Source of the DNA: an uncultured Thermoplasmata archaeon | Lineage (GTDB): Archaea; Thermoplasmatota; Thermoplasmata; Lutacidiplasmatales; UBA184 | DNA: 64,000 bases | Direction of reading: 5' to 3' | NCBI GenBank assembly: GCA_963771555.1 | Contig: CAVYTM010000003.1 | Location: forward strand, 51,410-115,409 | Part shown: piece by piece, positions 43,011 to 52,850 of the stretch | Numbering within the stretch: position 1 is the stretch's first letter | Layout: each line of letters opens with the position of its first letter | The notes under the pieces: model-generated | What the model was told of the DNA's origin: nothing | The model's input: only the letters and a program-made list of their open reading frames with translations | Database searches by the model: none | Program-made: the position numbers and the translations under genes

Positions 43011-45352
43011 GGTCGAGCGCGCAGGCCCTGCAGCTTCATGCGCTGCTCGAGCGACGCGATCGTGCGGATCGTCGAGACGACCGTGTCCGCGTTGAGCGAG
43101 ATCGAGTCGATCCCCTCGCGAACCAGGAACTCCGCGAACTCCGGGTAGACGCTCGGGCCCTGCCCGCAGATCCCGACCGTCCGTCCCTCGGCGTGCGCGC
43201 CTTCGATCAGGAGCTGGATCGCGCGCATCACGGCGGGGTCACGCTCATCGAAGTATCCCATGCGGCCCAGGGTCTCGGAATCGCGGTCCGCGCCCAAGAT
43301 GAGTTGGGTCAGGTCGTTCGACCCGATCGAGAAGCCGTCGCAGTGCTTCGAGAACTCGCGCGACAGGAGCGCGGTCGAGGGAACCTCGGCCATGAGATAG
43401 AGCTGGAAGTCCCGGGAACGCCGAAGCCCTTGGGCGCGCATCATCTCCGCGATCTCTTCGAGCTCCCAGGTGTTCCGGACGAACGGGAGCATCACCATCG
43501 CGTTCTTGAGACCCATTTCGGTGCGGACCCGGTGGATCGCCTCGAGCTCGCACAGGAACGCCGGTCGATAGACCGTGGAGATGTACCGGGAGCATCCGCG
43601 CCAGCCGATCATCGGGTTCTCCTCGACCGGCTCGAACTCTTCGCCCCCCGGCATGCCGCGGTACTCGTTGGTCTTGAAGTCGGAGGTCCGGATGATCACC
43701 GGCCGAGGATGGAAGGCCTGGCAGACCGTGCCGATGCCCTCGGCGAGCCGTCGGACGAGCTCCTCCTTCTTGCCCTTCTTGAGGAGCGCGAGCGGATGCT
43801 CGCGTACGTGCGCGGTGAAGATGAACTCGATCCGCAGGAGGCCGACTCCCGCCACGGGCAGCCGCGCATACTCCTCCGCCTTCTCGGGCACTCCCACGTT
43901 GACGTAGATCTTGGTCGCGGTGACCGGGCTGCCCTCGTGCGGGTGCATCCCCGGGGCCATCGCGGCCGAGCCGCCGCGGGAGGTCGCGGGCTTTCCCCGC
44001 TGGACGATCCCGCGGTAGACCATACCGGTCTTTCCGTCGAGCGTGATCTCGCTTCCATCGACCACGAGCTTGGTCGCCTCTCGGGTTCCGACGATGCACG
44101 GCACCCCGAGCTCGCGCGAGACGATCGCCGCGTGGCACGTCATTCCGCCCTCGTCCGTAACGATCCCCGCCGCCCGGGACATCGCGGGGACCATGTCGGG
44201 GGTGGTCATCGTCGTGACCAGGATCTCCCCCGCCTTCAGCTTCTCCATCTCGGCCGGTCCTCGCAGGATCCGGGCCACTCCGGCCGCGACCCCCGGGCTC
44301 GCACCGAACCCGCGGAGCATCGGCCCTTCGTCGTCGCCCTCGCCCTTGGTCGCACCGGCCGGGGTCGCCGCGTCGCCGGACCCGGGAGCCGTGGACTTCG
44401 GGATCGTCGTCACGGGCCTCGCCTGGACGATGTAGAGGGCATCGGCGTCACCGCACCACTCCACGTCCATCGGCCGACGGTAGTGGGACTCGATGAGCCG
44501 CGCGAGCGAGACGAGGCGCTGAAGGCGATGGTCGGAGAGCTTCTGGGCGCTTCGTTCGGCCGCCGGGACGTCCTCACGTCGGTTCCCTCCTCCCTCGGCG
44601 CGGACCAGTCGTACCCGCTGCTCGGATAACTGTTTATGGACGACCTTCTGCGTGGCCCCGTCGATCACGTAGTGGTCGGGCGTAACCTCCCCACCCACGA
44701 TCGCCTCGCCGAGGCCCCAACCGGCCTCGACGATCATGTGATTCTCCCCGGTGTTGGGGTCGCGGGTGAACAGAATGCCGCTGACGGTCGCATCGACCAT
44801 CTTCTGGATGAGGACGGCGAGGCGCACGGCGCTCTGGTCGAACCCCTTTCGATGGCGGTAGATGAGGACTCGAGGCGTGAACAACGATCCCCAGCACTTG
44901 CGCACGGACGCCACCACCTGGTCGGTCCCCGTGACGTTGAGATAGGTGTCCTGGAGTCCGGCGAACGAGGCCCCTTCGAGGTCTTCCGCCGTGGCGCTCG
45001 ACCGGACCGCGCAGAATCGCACCGAGAATTGACGAACGAACGTCTCGTACGCCGTCTCGAGCTCCTTCTGGAGGGCCGGGGGGAACGGGACCGATTCGAA
45101 GGCCCGTCGAATGCGCACGGACGCCGCCTCGATGGTGTCGGCGCGCTCCGCGACGATCGATGCGAGAGCGGCCGGGATCTCCGTCTTGAGGGCCGTCTGT
45201 TCGACGAACGCATCGTACGCTTCCGTCGTCAGGATAAAACCGGGGGGCACCGGCAACCCCTCGCGGACCAGCTCGCCGAGCTTGCTCGCTTTTCCTCCGA
45301 CCAAGGGAAGGTCGGACTCCGACACTTCGGCTAAGCTCACGACGTGCGCCAT
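43007..45352 (-). CDS. ppsA: Phosphoenolpyruvate synthase
   Basis: VGGKAS.LGEL, AVRSSATAEDL..SFAG, TCHAAIVSRELG, ENPMIGWRG, SIGSNDLTQ, GICGQ. Confidence 0.96.
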   Translation of the reverse strand: MAHVVSLAEVSESDLPLVGGKASKLGELVREGLPVPPGFILTTEAYDAFVEQTALKTEIPAALASIVAERADTIEAASVRIRRAFESVPFPPALQKELETAYETFVRQFSVRFCAVRSSATAEDLEGASFAGLQDTYLNVTGTDQVVASVRKCWGSLFTPRVLIYRHRKGFDQSAVRLAVLIQKMVDATVSGILFTRDPNTGENHMIVEAGWGLGEAIVGGEVTPDHYVIDGATQKVVHKQLSEQRVRLVRAEGGGNRREDVPAAERSAQKLSDHRLQRLVSLARLIESHYRRPMDVEWCGDADALYIVQARPVTTIPKSTAPGSGDAATPAGATKGEGDDEGPMLRGFGASPGVAAGVARILRGPAEMEKLKAGEILVTTMTTPDMVPAMSRAAGIVTDEGGMTCHAAIVSRELGVPCIVGTREATKLVVDGSEITLDGKTGMVYRGIVQRGKPATSRGGSAAMAPGMHPHEGSPVTATKIYVNVGVPEKAEEYARLPVAGVGLLRIEFIFTAHVREHPLALLKKGKKEELVRRLAEGIGTVCQAFHPRPVIIRTSDFKTNEYRGMPGGEEFEPVEENPMIGWRGCSRYISTVYRPAFLCELEAIHRVRTEMGLKNAMVMLPFVRNTWELEEIAEMMRAQGLRRSRDFQLYLMAEVPSTALLSREFSKHCDGFSIGSNDLTQLILGADRDSETLGRMGYFDERDPAVMRAIQLLIEGAHAEGRTVGICGQGPSVYPEFAEFLVREGIDSISLNADTVVSTIRTIASLEQRMKLQGLRARP

Positions 45353-45362
45353 GATCCCGAGA

Positions 45363-46385
45363 TCACTCCCTTCGTTCCAGCACGAACGCGACGAGGTCGG
45401 ACATGGGCGAGTACGGATGGACCACGCGTTCGGCGGCCACCGTAAAGATTCCGGACGGTGCGAGCGACTTCACGAGCTCGGTCCTTCTCCGTAGTAGGTC
45501 GGTCCTCGGGGTGACCTCGTAATAGTAGAGCCGTCCCCCGGGCGCGACGGTTCGCGCCACCGACGGTAGATACTTAATTCCTTCGTGGGGAAGATTCAGC
45601 ACCACCCGTTCGACGGGGTCGGCCGACGGGACGAACTCCTCGAGCGCTGCCGCGATCGGGACGACTCGGCCGCCGAACGGGTATCGCGCCAGAGTGGCCC
45701 GGAGGAGGGCGATCGCCTCGGAGTTCGAATCGACCGCGGTCACGCTCCGCGCTCGGGTCCGGTGGGCGATCGTGACGGAAAACGGTCCCACGCCGCAACA
45801 GAGGTCGTACACTCGGTCTCCGTCCCGGACTTCCTCCGCGACCCGGGCGTGTTCCCGAGCGAGGCGAGGAGAGAAGTACGCTTGTTCAACATCCACCTCG
45901 AGCTCGATCCCGTTCTCCTTGTGCCGGGTCCGCCAGGGTCCGGAACCCGCGACCCGCTCGACCTTCCGGCGTCGCTCGGGTCCGTGCACGCCGTGGTCCA
46001 GTCCGACCAGGCGAGCGCCCGGGACGAACTCGAGGAGCGCCTGACCGACCGCCTCCTTTCGGGCATCGAGGTCCGGGGGAAGGCGGATCAGGACGATGTC
46101 GCCGACGATGTCGAACGAGCGGGGAAGGGCGTCCTTCTCCTCCTCGGGCCAGTCGAGCAGATCTCGGTAGCGAGCGGGTCCCTTTCGGGCGTGCACGTCG
46201 AACTCACGCTCGACGATCTCTCCCCACTCGCTCGAAGGTTCGTCCGGCCCTTCCCGGAGGGGCAGGACGAGGAACTCGTCCTCGGAGCGAATCCCGAGGT
46301 CGTTGCGCAGTCGGCCGGATTCCAGGAGGTCGCGCCGGACCTCCTCTCCCCGCGCCCGGGGCACGCGAAGCCCTCGCGCGATCAC
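45363..46385 (-). CDS. tRNA (guanine37-N1) methyltransferase Trm5 family
   Basis: LPRSFDIVGDIVLI, HKENG, YFSPRL..EH.R, DLCCGVGPF, NLP, YSP. Confidence 0.88.
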   Translation of the reverse strand: MIARGLRVPRARGEEVRRDLLESGRLRNDLGIRSEDEFLVLPLREGPDEPSSEWGEIVEREFDVHARKGPARYRDLLDWPEEEKDALPRSFDIVGDIVLIRLPPDLDARKEAVGQALLEFVPGARLVGLDHGVHGPERRRKVERVAGSGPWRTRHKENGIELEVDVEQAYFSPRLAREHARVAEEVRDGDRVYDLCCGVGPFSVTIAHRTRARSVTAVDSNSEAIALLRATLARYPFGGRVVPIAAALEEFVPSADPVERVVLNLPHEGIKYLPSVARTVAPGGRLYYYEVTPRTDLLRRRTELVKSLAPSGIFTVAAERVVHPYSPMSDLVAFVLERRE

Positions 46386-47716
46386 GTGACGGTCGCCGGT
46401 GGGTGGAACAGGAGCCGCAACACGTCCGCGCCCGTCCGATGGCCAAGGACCCCATGGGACGCCGCCGACTCGCCGAACTTCGTCGGCACGGAGGTCACGG
46501 ACCCCGACACCCCCGCGCCCCAAAGAAGCAGGGGGACGGGGTCATCCGAATGCCCCTTCAGAATGCACGGGGTGGCGTGGTCGGCCGTCACCGCGATGCG
46601 CACCCGGGAAGGGTCGAGACCCTCGAGGAAAGGTGCAAAGAACGACCGGTCGATCGCTTCCACGATCTCGCGTTTGAGCGGAGCATTGCCATCGTGGCCG
46701 GGTTCGTCCGGACCTTTGAGGTGAACGTAGACGAACGGGGTCCGATCCATGACTTCCCGCGTCACCCGGGCCCGATCCCGGTAGCCGGCATCTCGATCGG
46801 CACCCATCGGTCCGACGTAACAATCCTCGAGGCCGAGCACCCGGGCGATCCCCCGCTCGACCGGCATCTCGGTCACGGCCGCGCCGCGGAGACCGTGTTT
46901 CGTCTCGAACGACGGGGGGGGCGTCCGGCGGACCGTTCCCGCGTTCCGGAGGAGCAAGCCGTTCCCGACCCTCTTTCCGCCGAGCGCACGGCGGGCGTTG
47001 ACCCCATGACCGGCGAGGACGTCCCGAGAGCGGGAGAGGAACAGGTTGATCGCGCGAGCGGTGCGGGCCGCCTCGGGCGAGGCGTCGGTGGGCTTCACCT
47101 CGAGGATCTTCGGAGACTCCGGCCGTCGGGCTTGGCCCATTCCGCCTACCCTCTCGTAGAACGGGTCGGAGTTCGACACCTCGGGCGAAAGGGCGCCGCC
47201 CCCGAGCGGACGGAGCCAGAGCACGCCGCGGTGGCCCACGGTCGCCCGGACCTCGGCGCGGATCTGCTCGGGACCGAGTAGATTGGCCTCGGTGATGTCT
47301 CGGGCCAATTCGCTGGCTTCGTTCGTCGTCAGCGACCGTCCGACGCGGGAATCGAGGACGTTGCCGTCGCCGTCTACCGTAGCGAAGTTCAACCGCAAGG
47401 CAACGTCCCCCGGCGCGAGCGGAATCTCCACACCCAGGGCTTCGAGCACCCCCCGACCGGGCGAATCGTGGATCGGGTCGTAGCCGAGAAGCGCGAACAC
47501 CCCAGCGTCGGATTCGGGCGCGACCCCGGGTCCCACCACCACGACGTCGCCGATCGCCCCCGACGCCGTCAACCGGTCCAGATGGGGCGTCGCGGCCGCC
47601 TCGACGGGACTCCGGTTCTCGGTGGCCGGATGCGGCCGGTCGCCGAGCCCGTCGAGCACGATTAGCGCGAGGGATATCGGCGATGGAGCGGCCGGCCGGG
47701 TCGTCGTTGCCATCAC
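46382..47716 (-). CDS. apgM: 2,3-bisphosphoglycerate-independent phosphoglycerate mutase (archaeal type)
   Basis: LDGLGDRP, APESD, GRGVLEALG, HLKGPDEPGHDG, TADHATP, HSDDPVP. Confidence 0.93.
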   Translation of the reverse strand: MMATTTRPAAPSPISLALIVLDGLGDRPHPATENRSPVEAAATPHLDRLTASGAIGDVVVVGPGVAPESDAGVFALLGYDPIHDSPGRGVLEALGVEIPLAPGDVALRLNFATVDGDGNVLDSRVGRSLTTNEASELARDITEANLLGPEQIRAEVRATVGHRGVLWLRPLGGGALSPEVSNSDPFYERVGGMGQARRPESPKILEVKPTDASPEAARTARAINLFLSRSRDVLAGHGVNARRALGGKRVGNGLLLRNAGTVRRTPPPSFETKHGLRGAAVTEMPVERGIARVLGLEDCYVGPMGADRDAGYRDRARVTREVMDRTPFVYVHLKGPDEPGHDGNAPLKREIVEAIDRSFFAPFLEGLDPSRVRIAVTADHATPCILKGHSDDPVPLLLWGAGVSGSVTSVPTKFGESAASHGVLGHRTGADVLRLLFHPPATVT

Positions 47717-47750
47717 CTAATAAGGGGAGGCTGACCTGTCCTCCCGTCCC

Positions 47751-48872
47751 GTGGCGAAGCAAACTCAGGGCCGCTTTAGGCGTTTCCTATCCACGACTCC
47801 GGGAAAGATCACGCTCATCGTGATCGCGATCCTCACCGTCTTCGCATCGAGTGCGTACGTTCTCGTCGTCGTAGCCATTCCGGCCATCCTCCTTTTCGGA
47901 CTCGCGCTTCCGATCTGGGCGGGTCTCAAGCGCCCCAGGTTCCTCGCGGTGGTGGGCCTCATCGTGATGCTGGCGGTTCCACCCATCGCGACCGTCGTGT
48001 TCACCCAGGATATCATGACCCCGGTCGGCGCCGCCTCCTCCTCGTCGGATCTCTCCGTCTCGAACGGGAGCGCGGTCATGCAGAACGCGACCGTCAAGCC
48101 GTTCCTAGGAACCACGAGCACGAACTTCACCTGGACGGTGTGGATCTATCCCCAGAACGTCGCGCAGAACAATTCGACCCCGGTCTGGTTGGACCTGTAC
48201 ATCAGCACCTGTCCGGGAGCCACCGGAAACGGTTCCCTGAGCTGCACCCAGCCCTACCCGCTCACGATCTTCAATCGCACCCTGAACCCGAACGCTACTT
48301 CCCCGTATGTCGAGACGTTCCACTACCAAATTGGCTCGGACGGGGTCTGGGAATGGCAGATGGGCCTCTGGACGCTGAACCGAACGACCCACAGGCCGTT
48401 CTTCCAGCTCTTGGTCGGTGACCCTACGTACAACGGAATCGAGGGCCCGGTCATCGGAGGCTTCGGGACGATCTACGGGGAGCTGATCCTGAGCGTCTAC
48501 GTCGAGGACTTGATTTACCTCGGTGCGCCGTTCTACTTCGTCCTCCTCATCTACATGCTCTTCAAGAACCGGGAACGACGCAAGAAGGACGCCCAGCAGC
48601 GGGCTCCGGGACCGATTCCCGACGTCGGAGTGGCGAACGCCGCTCCGCCACCCAGCAAGGGAAGTCCGTTACCCTCGTCGAAGAGTTCTTCCGGCTCCCG
48701 GCCGGGCCACCCGATTCAGCCACCGCCAGCCAGGAGCTCAACTGCCCGAAGTGTAACGCCGTGGTCTATGTCGGCGAGACGTCGTGCTGGAAGTGCGGGG
48801 CCGCCCTCCCCGCTACTCAAGTGCGCTCGGTCAAGTCTCCCTAGGACCCAACCGTCCGAGTTTCCGGGCTGA
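47751..48872 (+). CDS. Membrane protein with extracellular domain and C-terminal zinc ribbon (frameshift near 48700; true end uncertain)
   Basis: N-terminal TMs, sequon-rich domain, TM then KNRERRKK, Pro-rich linker; ELNCPKCNAVVYVGETSCWKCG in the adjacent frame ~48735-48800. Confidence 0.7.
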   Translation: MAKQTQGRFRRFLSTTPGKITLIVIAILTVFASSAYVLVVVAIPAILLFGLALPIWAGLKRPRFLAVVGLIVMLAVPPIATVVFTQDIMTPVGAASSSSDLSVSNGSAVMQNATVKPFLGTTSTNFTWTVWIYPQNVAQNNSTPVWLDLYISTCPGATGNGSLSCTQPYPLTIFNRTLNPNATSPYVETFHYQIGSDGVWEWQMGLWTLNRTTHRPFFQLLVGDPTYNGIEGPVIGGFGTIYGELILSVYVEDLIYLGAPFYFVLLIYMLFKNRERRKKDAQQRAPGPIPDVGVANAAPPPSKGSPLPSSKSSSGSRPGHPIQPPPARSSTARSVTPWSMSARRRAGSAGPPSPLLKCARSSLPRTQPSEFPG

Positions 48873-48932
48873 TGTAATATCGGGCCGCGGATCCCGTCTT
48901 GGAAAACGGGGCTTCCTCAGATTTGCTACAGA

Positions 48933-51002
48933 CTACGTCCGGTTGAAGGTTGCCGTCGCGGTCTGTCCGCTCGCATAGGCGGTAGCAATGAAAGTATACA
49001 CCGCCGCTCCGGAGGCCTTTGTGAGGGTCAGAGTACACGTGAAGGCGCCGGCGGCGGTCGGTGTAATCGTCGACCCCGAAACACTGCTACCACTGCTGCA
49101 GGTGAACGACAGCGTTCCGGACACCAACAGGGTCCCATTGAGCGTTATCGTCTCCTTCGAGCCGGAGGCGAACCCAGCCCCGGTCAGTGTGACCGCTACG
49201 GTGCTTGTGTGAACCCCGAATTTCGGACTAACCGTCAGGCTCCATGGGGTGACCGTGTAAGTGGTCGTGTAGGTCTGTCCCGCCGCGTCGGTGGCCATGA
49301 TCGTGTCCGCGCCCGTCGGCGCACTGAAGGGAACCGGGAAGGTGCAGCCACTGAACGAACCGGCGGCCACAACCGTAACGGTCGAACCGGACGATGATCC
49401 GGTCGTACAGGCGCCCGCAAATACGACGGGTTGCCCCGCGAAAGTGATTGTGACGGTCGTCAAGGTCACCCATCCGGCACCGCCGAGCGTGACTGTGGAG
49501 TTCATCAAACCTGAGGTCGGCGACGGGGTGACGACCCAATCCGTCACGGCGTAGGCCGCGGAGGCGTTCTGACCCGTGGCGGTGTCGCTCGCGATCACCG
49601 TACTAGCGGTGAACGGGGTTCCTGTAGCTACCGTGAACGTGCAGACGAACCCTCCCCCTGCCGTCGTCGTGACCGCCGCCGCGTTCCACGAAATGTCCAA
49701 GGAACACCCCGTGATCGTCGCGGCCACTCCCGAGAGGCTTAGCGACACCGGTGAGTCGCCAGCAAACGCCGCCCCGGTCGCCGTGACAGAGCTTCCGATG
49801 ATTCCACCACCGCTCGATAGACTAAGAGTCGAGGTTGTGAATCGCATGACGCCGCTCGCGGTCGGCGAGACTCCGGTGACGGTCGCATTCGCGTACACTG
49901 CGAAGGAGGTGGGTGAAGCGGGGATCAACCATTGAGCCTTGCTGACGACCGTCACGCTGGACGTGCCGCTAATTGTCAAGCCTGACGGGGCATACCCCTT
50001 GAATCCGCTGCTCGAGGAAAAGGTGACGTTGAGCGCGGCGTTCTGCAGGACTCCCGTGTAGGTCACGACTGCCTGCACCGACTCCGTAGTCCCCGCGTTC
50101 GGAGGGGCCGGTACCAGGATCACGCCGACGGAGAGAGGTCCGTTCGAAGTGGCCGTGGAAGAGATCGTGATGACGATAGCCCCGGTGGCCGTTTGGCCGT
50201 ACGCGTTCGAGGCGTTGACGAACCCGTAGAACGTTCCGTTCTTGGTGGTGTTCCCCGCCTTGACGACGAACCCCCACACGCCCTGGCCGTTCTGGGTCAT
50301 CCTGACCACGGAAGGGCTGGCCGCCCCGGGCACCGAAGCCAAGTTGAGATACACTGAGTTCGACGTATAGCTGCCCGCCAGGGTCGCATTCACCGTGAAG
50401 CCCTGACCAATGGTAGGGTTGGCGGGGGAGATCCAGGTGGAAACGACGGTCGGGGGAACCGCCACGGCGCTTCCGGGAAGAATGATGCTGAAGAGGAGCT
50501 GGGAGGCCGAAACGACGTACACCGTGATGTTACCGAGGGCGCTCGGCTGTTGCGTGGTCGCGAACGTGAGGGACCACACCTGACCCAGGTTCCACGTTCC
50601 TGCTCCCCCGATGCCCGAGGAGACGGTGTACGGGTCGAGGGGCGAGGTGAACTCGGGCGCGTTCGGCTGAGTGGCGGACTTGAGATAGATCTGACCGATT
50701 CCGGGGACCGACGGTCCGGCGAGGTGAACGATTTGAATGGTCGTGATGTTGAGTCCGCTACTCGTGTAGATCAGGGACGCCTGGAACTGGTTGTTGTTCT
50801 GGGAGGGAGGTGGCGGGAACTGGGTGACAAAGGCGAAAATGGAGGCGAAGAGGGTAACCGTTAGCGCGAGGAGCAGTATGGTCGCAACGACGTCCGAAAC
50901 ACCGCGTCGGCCCGCTCGATGGCGCCGGCGGACCCTCCAGCGAGATTTCGCTGGACGACGGTCGGAACCTACGGTTAGCCCTCGCCTTCTCGACACACTC
51001 AT
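48933..51002 (-). CDS. Large type IV pilin-like protein (class III signal peptide) with Ig-like repeats
   Basis: RRG|VSDVVATILLLALTVTLF; IVHLAG..WNLGQ pilin-domain pattern; three C-terminal repeats (S...G..VT.TG.GF type). Confidence 0.82.
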   Translation of the reverse strand: MSVSRRRGLTVGSDRRPAKSRWRVRRRHRAGRRGVSDVVATILLLALTVTLFASIFAFVTQFPPPPSQNNNQFQASLIYTSSGLNITTIQIVHLAGPSVPGIGQIYLKSATQPNAPEFTSPLDPYTVSSGIGGAGTWNLGQVWSLTFATTQQPSALGNITVYVVSASQLLFSIILPGSAVAVPPTVVSTWISPANPTIGQGFTVNATLAGSYTSNSVYLNLASVPGAASPSVVRMTQNGQGVWGFVVKAGNTTKNGTFYGFVNASNAYGQTATGAIVITISSTATSNGPLSVGVILVPAPPNAGTTESVQAVVTYTGVLQNAALNVTFSSSSGFKGYAPSGLTISGTSSVTVVSKAQWLIPASPTSFAVYANATVTGVSPTASGVMRFTTSTLSLSSGGGIIGSSVTATGAAFAGDSPVSLSLSGVAATITGCSLDISWNAAAVTTTAGGGFVCTFTVATGTPFTASTVIASDTATGQNASAAYAVTDWVVTPSPTSGLMNSTVTLGGAGWVTLTTVTITFAGQPVVFAGACTTGSSSGSTVTVVAAGSFSGCTFPVPFSAPTGADTIMATDAAGQTYTTTYTVTPWSLTVSPKFGVHTSTVAVTLTGAGFASGSKETITLNGTLLVSGTLSFTCSSGSSVSGSTITPTAAGAFTCTLTLTKASGAAVYTFIATAYASGQTATATFNRT

Positions 51003-51180
51003 GCGCACCGGTATAGAGGCCGAGGGGCGGTATTTAGACGTTCCCGTGACGACCCTTCGTCCCGAGGCAAGAAACAGATGGGCACGTTGACGGCGCTCTC
51101 TTCATCTGGCGTTCGGGCGACCCGAGCGCGACGTACGGGCGGGTTCCCGAAAAGGCGCCGTTCAGGGTCGAATCCGCTGG

Positions 51181-51203
51181 AAAAAAAAGGGAGAAGGAAA
51201 GGG
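51181..51203 (-). terminator. Pyrimidine/oligo-T terminator of the pilin gene
   Basis: Minus strand CCCTTTCCTTCTCCCTTTTTTTT about 30-55 nt after the pilin stop. Confidence 0.65.
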
Positions 51204-51234
51204 TTGGTCGAACCTTTGCGTTCGCTCTTCCGCT

Positions 51235-51858
51235 CTACGGGAGACTGATCGAGGTCGTGCCCGTGAAGCCACCGTTTCCGAGCGTGACGAAGGTGAGCCC
51301 CGTACCAGCGGGGGAGGCCGCGGTCACACCCAGGTCGACTACGATGGTGTAGAGGTTGGTCAGAGGGGACGACGAGCTACATGCGGTGGTCTGAGTCGGC
51401 CCGCAGAAGTTGCCGAACGTCGCGAACGACGCGGTCATCGCCATCCCGCTTGCGGCCGCCACAGTCGCCGAAGCGGCTGCGCCGCCAGCGATACCCAAAA
51501 CGGTAAAGCTACCGGCCACCGTGGCTACTGCAATCGCGCCCGCAGAGGTCTTCACTTCGAAGAGGACGTTACCGAAGTTCACGGTCGAGGATTCGACCGT
51601 CACGGTGTAGCAGTAGTGGTTTAGGGCGCATCCGGTTACGGCAGCGGCCGGGCCCGACAAGAGAGGGGCTCCCACCGTGAACGCCGTTCCAATCGGCTTC
51701 GATCCTACACCGCCACCCGTCAAGCCCGAAATGAGCACGTACAGCACAGCGGCCAACACGACCGTGATCGCGACCAGCAAGATCGTCGCGATGATCGGCG
51801 ACACTCCGCGCTTCCGTGCCTTTCTCCAGCTTCGTTCGTTCTTTCCAAAGACGTTCAT
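51235..51858 (-). CDS. Archaeal type IV pilin (class III signal peptide)
   Basis: RKRG|VSPIIATILLVAITVVLAAVLYVLISG; two Cys pairs; GGAGG RBS upstream. Confidence 0.9.
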   Translation of the reverse strand: MNVFGKNERSWRKARKRGVSPIIATILLVAITVVLAAVLYVLISGLTGGGVGSKPIGTAFTVGAPLLSGPAAAVTGCALNHYCYTVTVESSTVNFGNVLFEVKTSAGAIAVATVAGSFTVLGIAGGAAASATVAAASGMAMTASFATFGNFCGPTQTTACSSSSPLTNLYTIVVDLGVTAASPAGTGLTFVTLGNGGFTGTTSISLP

Positions 51859-51946
51859 TCGCTTTCGTTCCTCCGATTTGGGTCGTTTGACCCGTGGGTT
51901 TCGGTATGGCCGGCATCTGCTATTTGAATGTAAGGCCCAGTGGAAA

Positions 51947-51977
51947 CGACATATGCCGACTTATAAATCGACATATG
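51947..51977. promoter_or_regulatory. TATA box flanked by direct repeats CGACATATG
   Basis: CGACATATG at 51947-51955 and 51969-51977 around TTATAAA (51961-51967). Confidence 0.55.
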
Positions 51978-52309
51978 ACGTAATACACACTAATGCGCAT
52001 AATGCCACACTGACGCACGTCAGAGAGTGACACTGCGGGACGAGCCGCAACACCTCTGCAACCGGTCGGGAGGTGCCCGGGATCCGCTCCCGGGGGGTCG
52101 CTGAACTTCCGGTCGGAGGGTCGCCAAACCCGTGAAGAGCTTCTTGGGGCGTGTTATACTGAGCCGACCGAGCCTCGACGGCTGGTTCGACTGATTTCCT
52201 TGCGTGTTCGACACGTCAGGAAACACCACTTTCCCCAACTCCGCAGGGCTCTCTTCGGCCGGACGTGCTTGCGTTTAAGTACAGGGAGTTTCAATCCTTG
52301 TGCTCGACT

Positions 52310-52810
52310 GTGTTCGACAACGCTTCCAAACGAGCATCCGGGGCCTCTCCGGATCCGGCGGCCCGTGTGGAAGAGCCCGAGGATGCGCGCATCGCCCTAC
52401 GGTGCAACCGCAAGGAGCTCCAGCTGGTCGACTCGTTCGTGGCGAACGGCGAGTTCCCGACCCGCTCGGAGCTCATGCGAGCGGCGCTGCACGCGTTCCT
52501 CCGCTCCCGAGCGATGTCGGCCGCGCCGACACCCACGATCGACGCCGAGGGCTTCATCGAGGTCCCCGTGCGTCTGCGGCCCGAGGAGTACGCCACTCTC
52601 GAGACCTACGCCCACCACGTCGCGAACCGAGGCTCGGTGAAGGACATCCTTGCCGAGATCATTCGGCGCGGCGAGCTGGAGATGAAGGTCGGCGAGCTCG
52701 TTCAACGGGCTCGCGCAACGGTGCGCGAGGCGGTGGAGACTCGGACCCAGGTCGGAGCGCTCGGAGAGAGCGCGAAGGACCTAGAGCGAAAGGGGGTCGT
52801 CGGTCGGTAG
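52310..52810 (+). CDS. CdrS-like ribbon-helix-helix protein (two RHH-like modules)
   Basis: RIALRCNRKELQLVDSFVANGEFPTRSELMRAAL resembles CdrS/CopG RHH; second module EVPVRLRPEEYATL..SVKDILAEII; TATA TTTAAGTA at 52274 favours GTG 52310. Confidence 0.75.
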   Translation: MFDNASKRASGASPDPAARVEEPEDARIALRCNRKELQLVDSFVANGEFPTRSELMRAALHAFLRSRAMSAAPTPTIDAEGFIEVPVRLRPEEYATLETYAHHVANRGSVKDILAEIIRRGELEMKVGELVQRARATVREAVETRTQVGALGESAKDLERKGVVGR

Positions 52811-52850
52811 GACGGCGAGGTTCGTTGGAGCACTCAGTCAAGGGGGGGTT

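Noticed and set aside
51860-51935. Riboswitch in the pilin leader
   Set aside because: Only one short hairpin; it matches no riboswitch consensus I can recognise.
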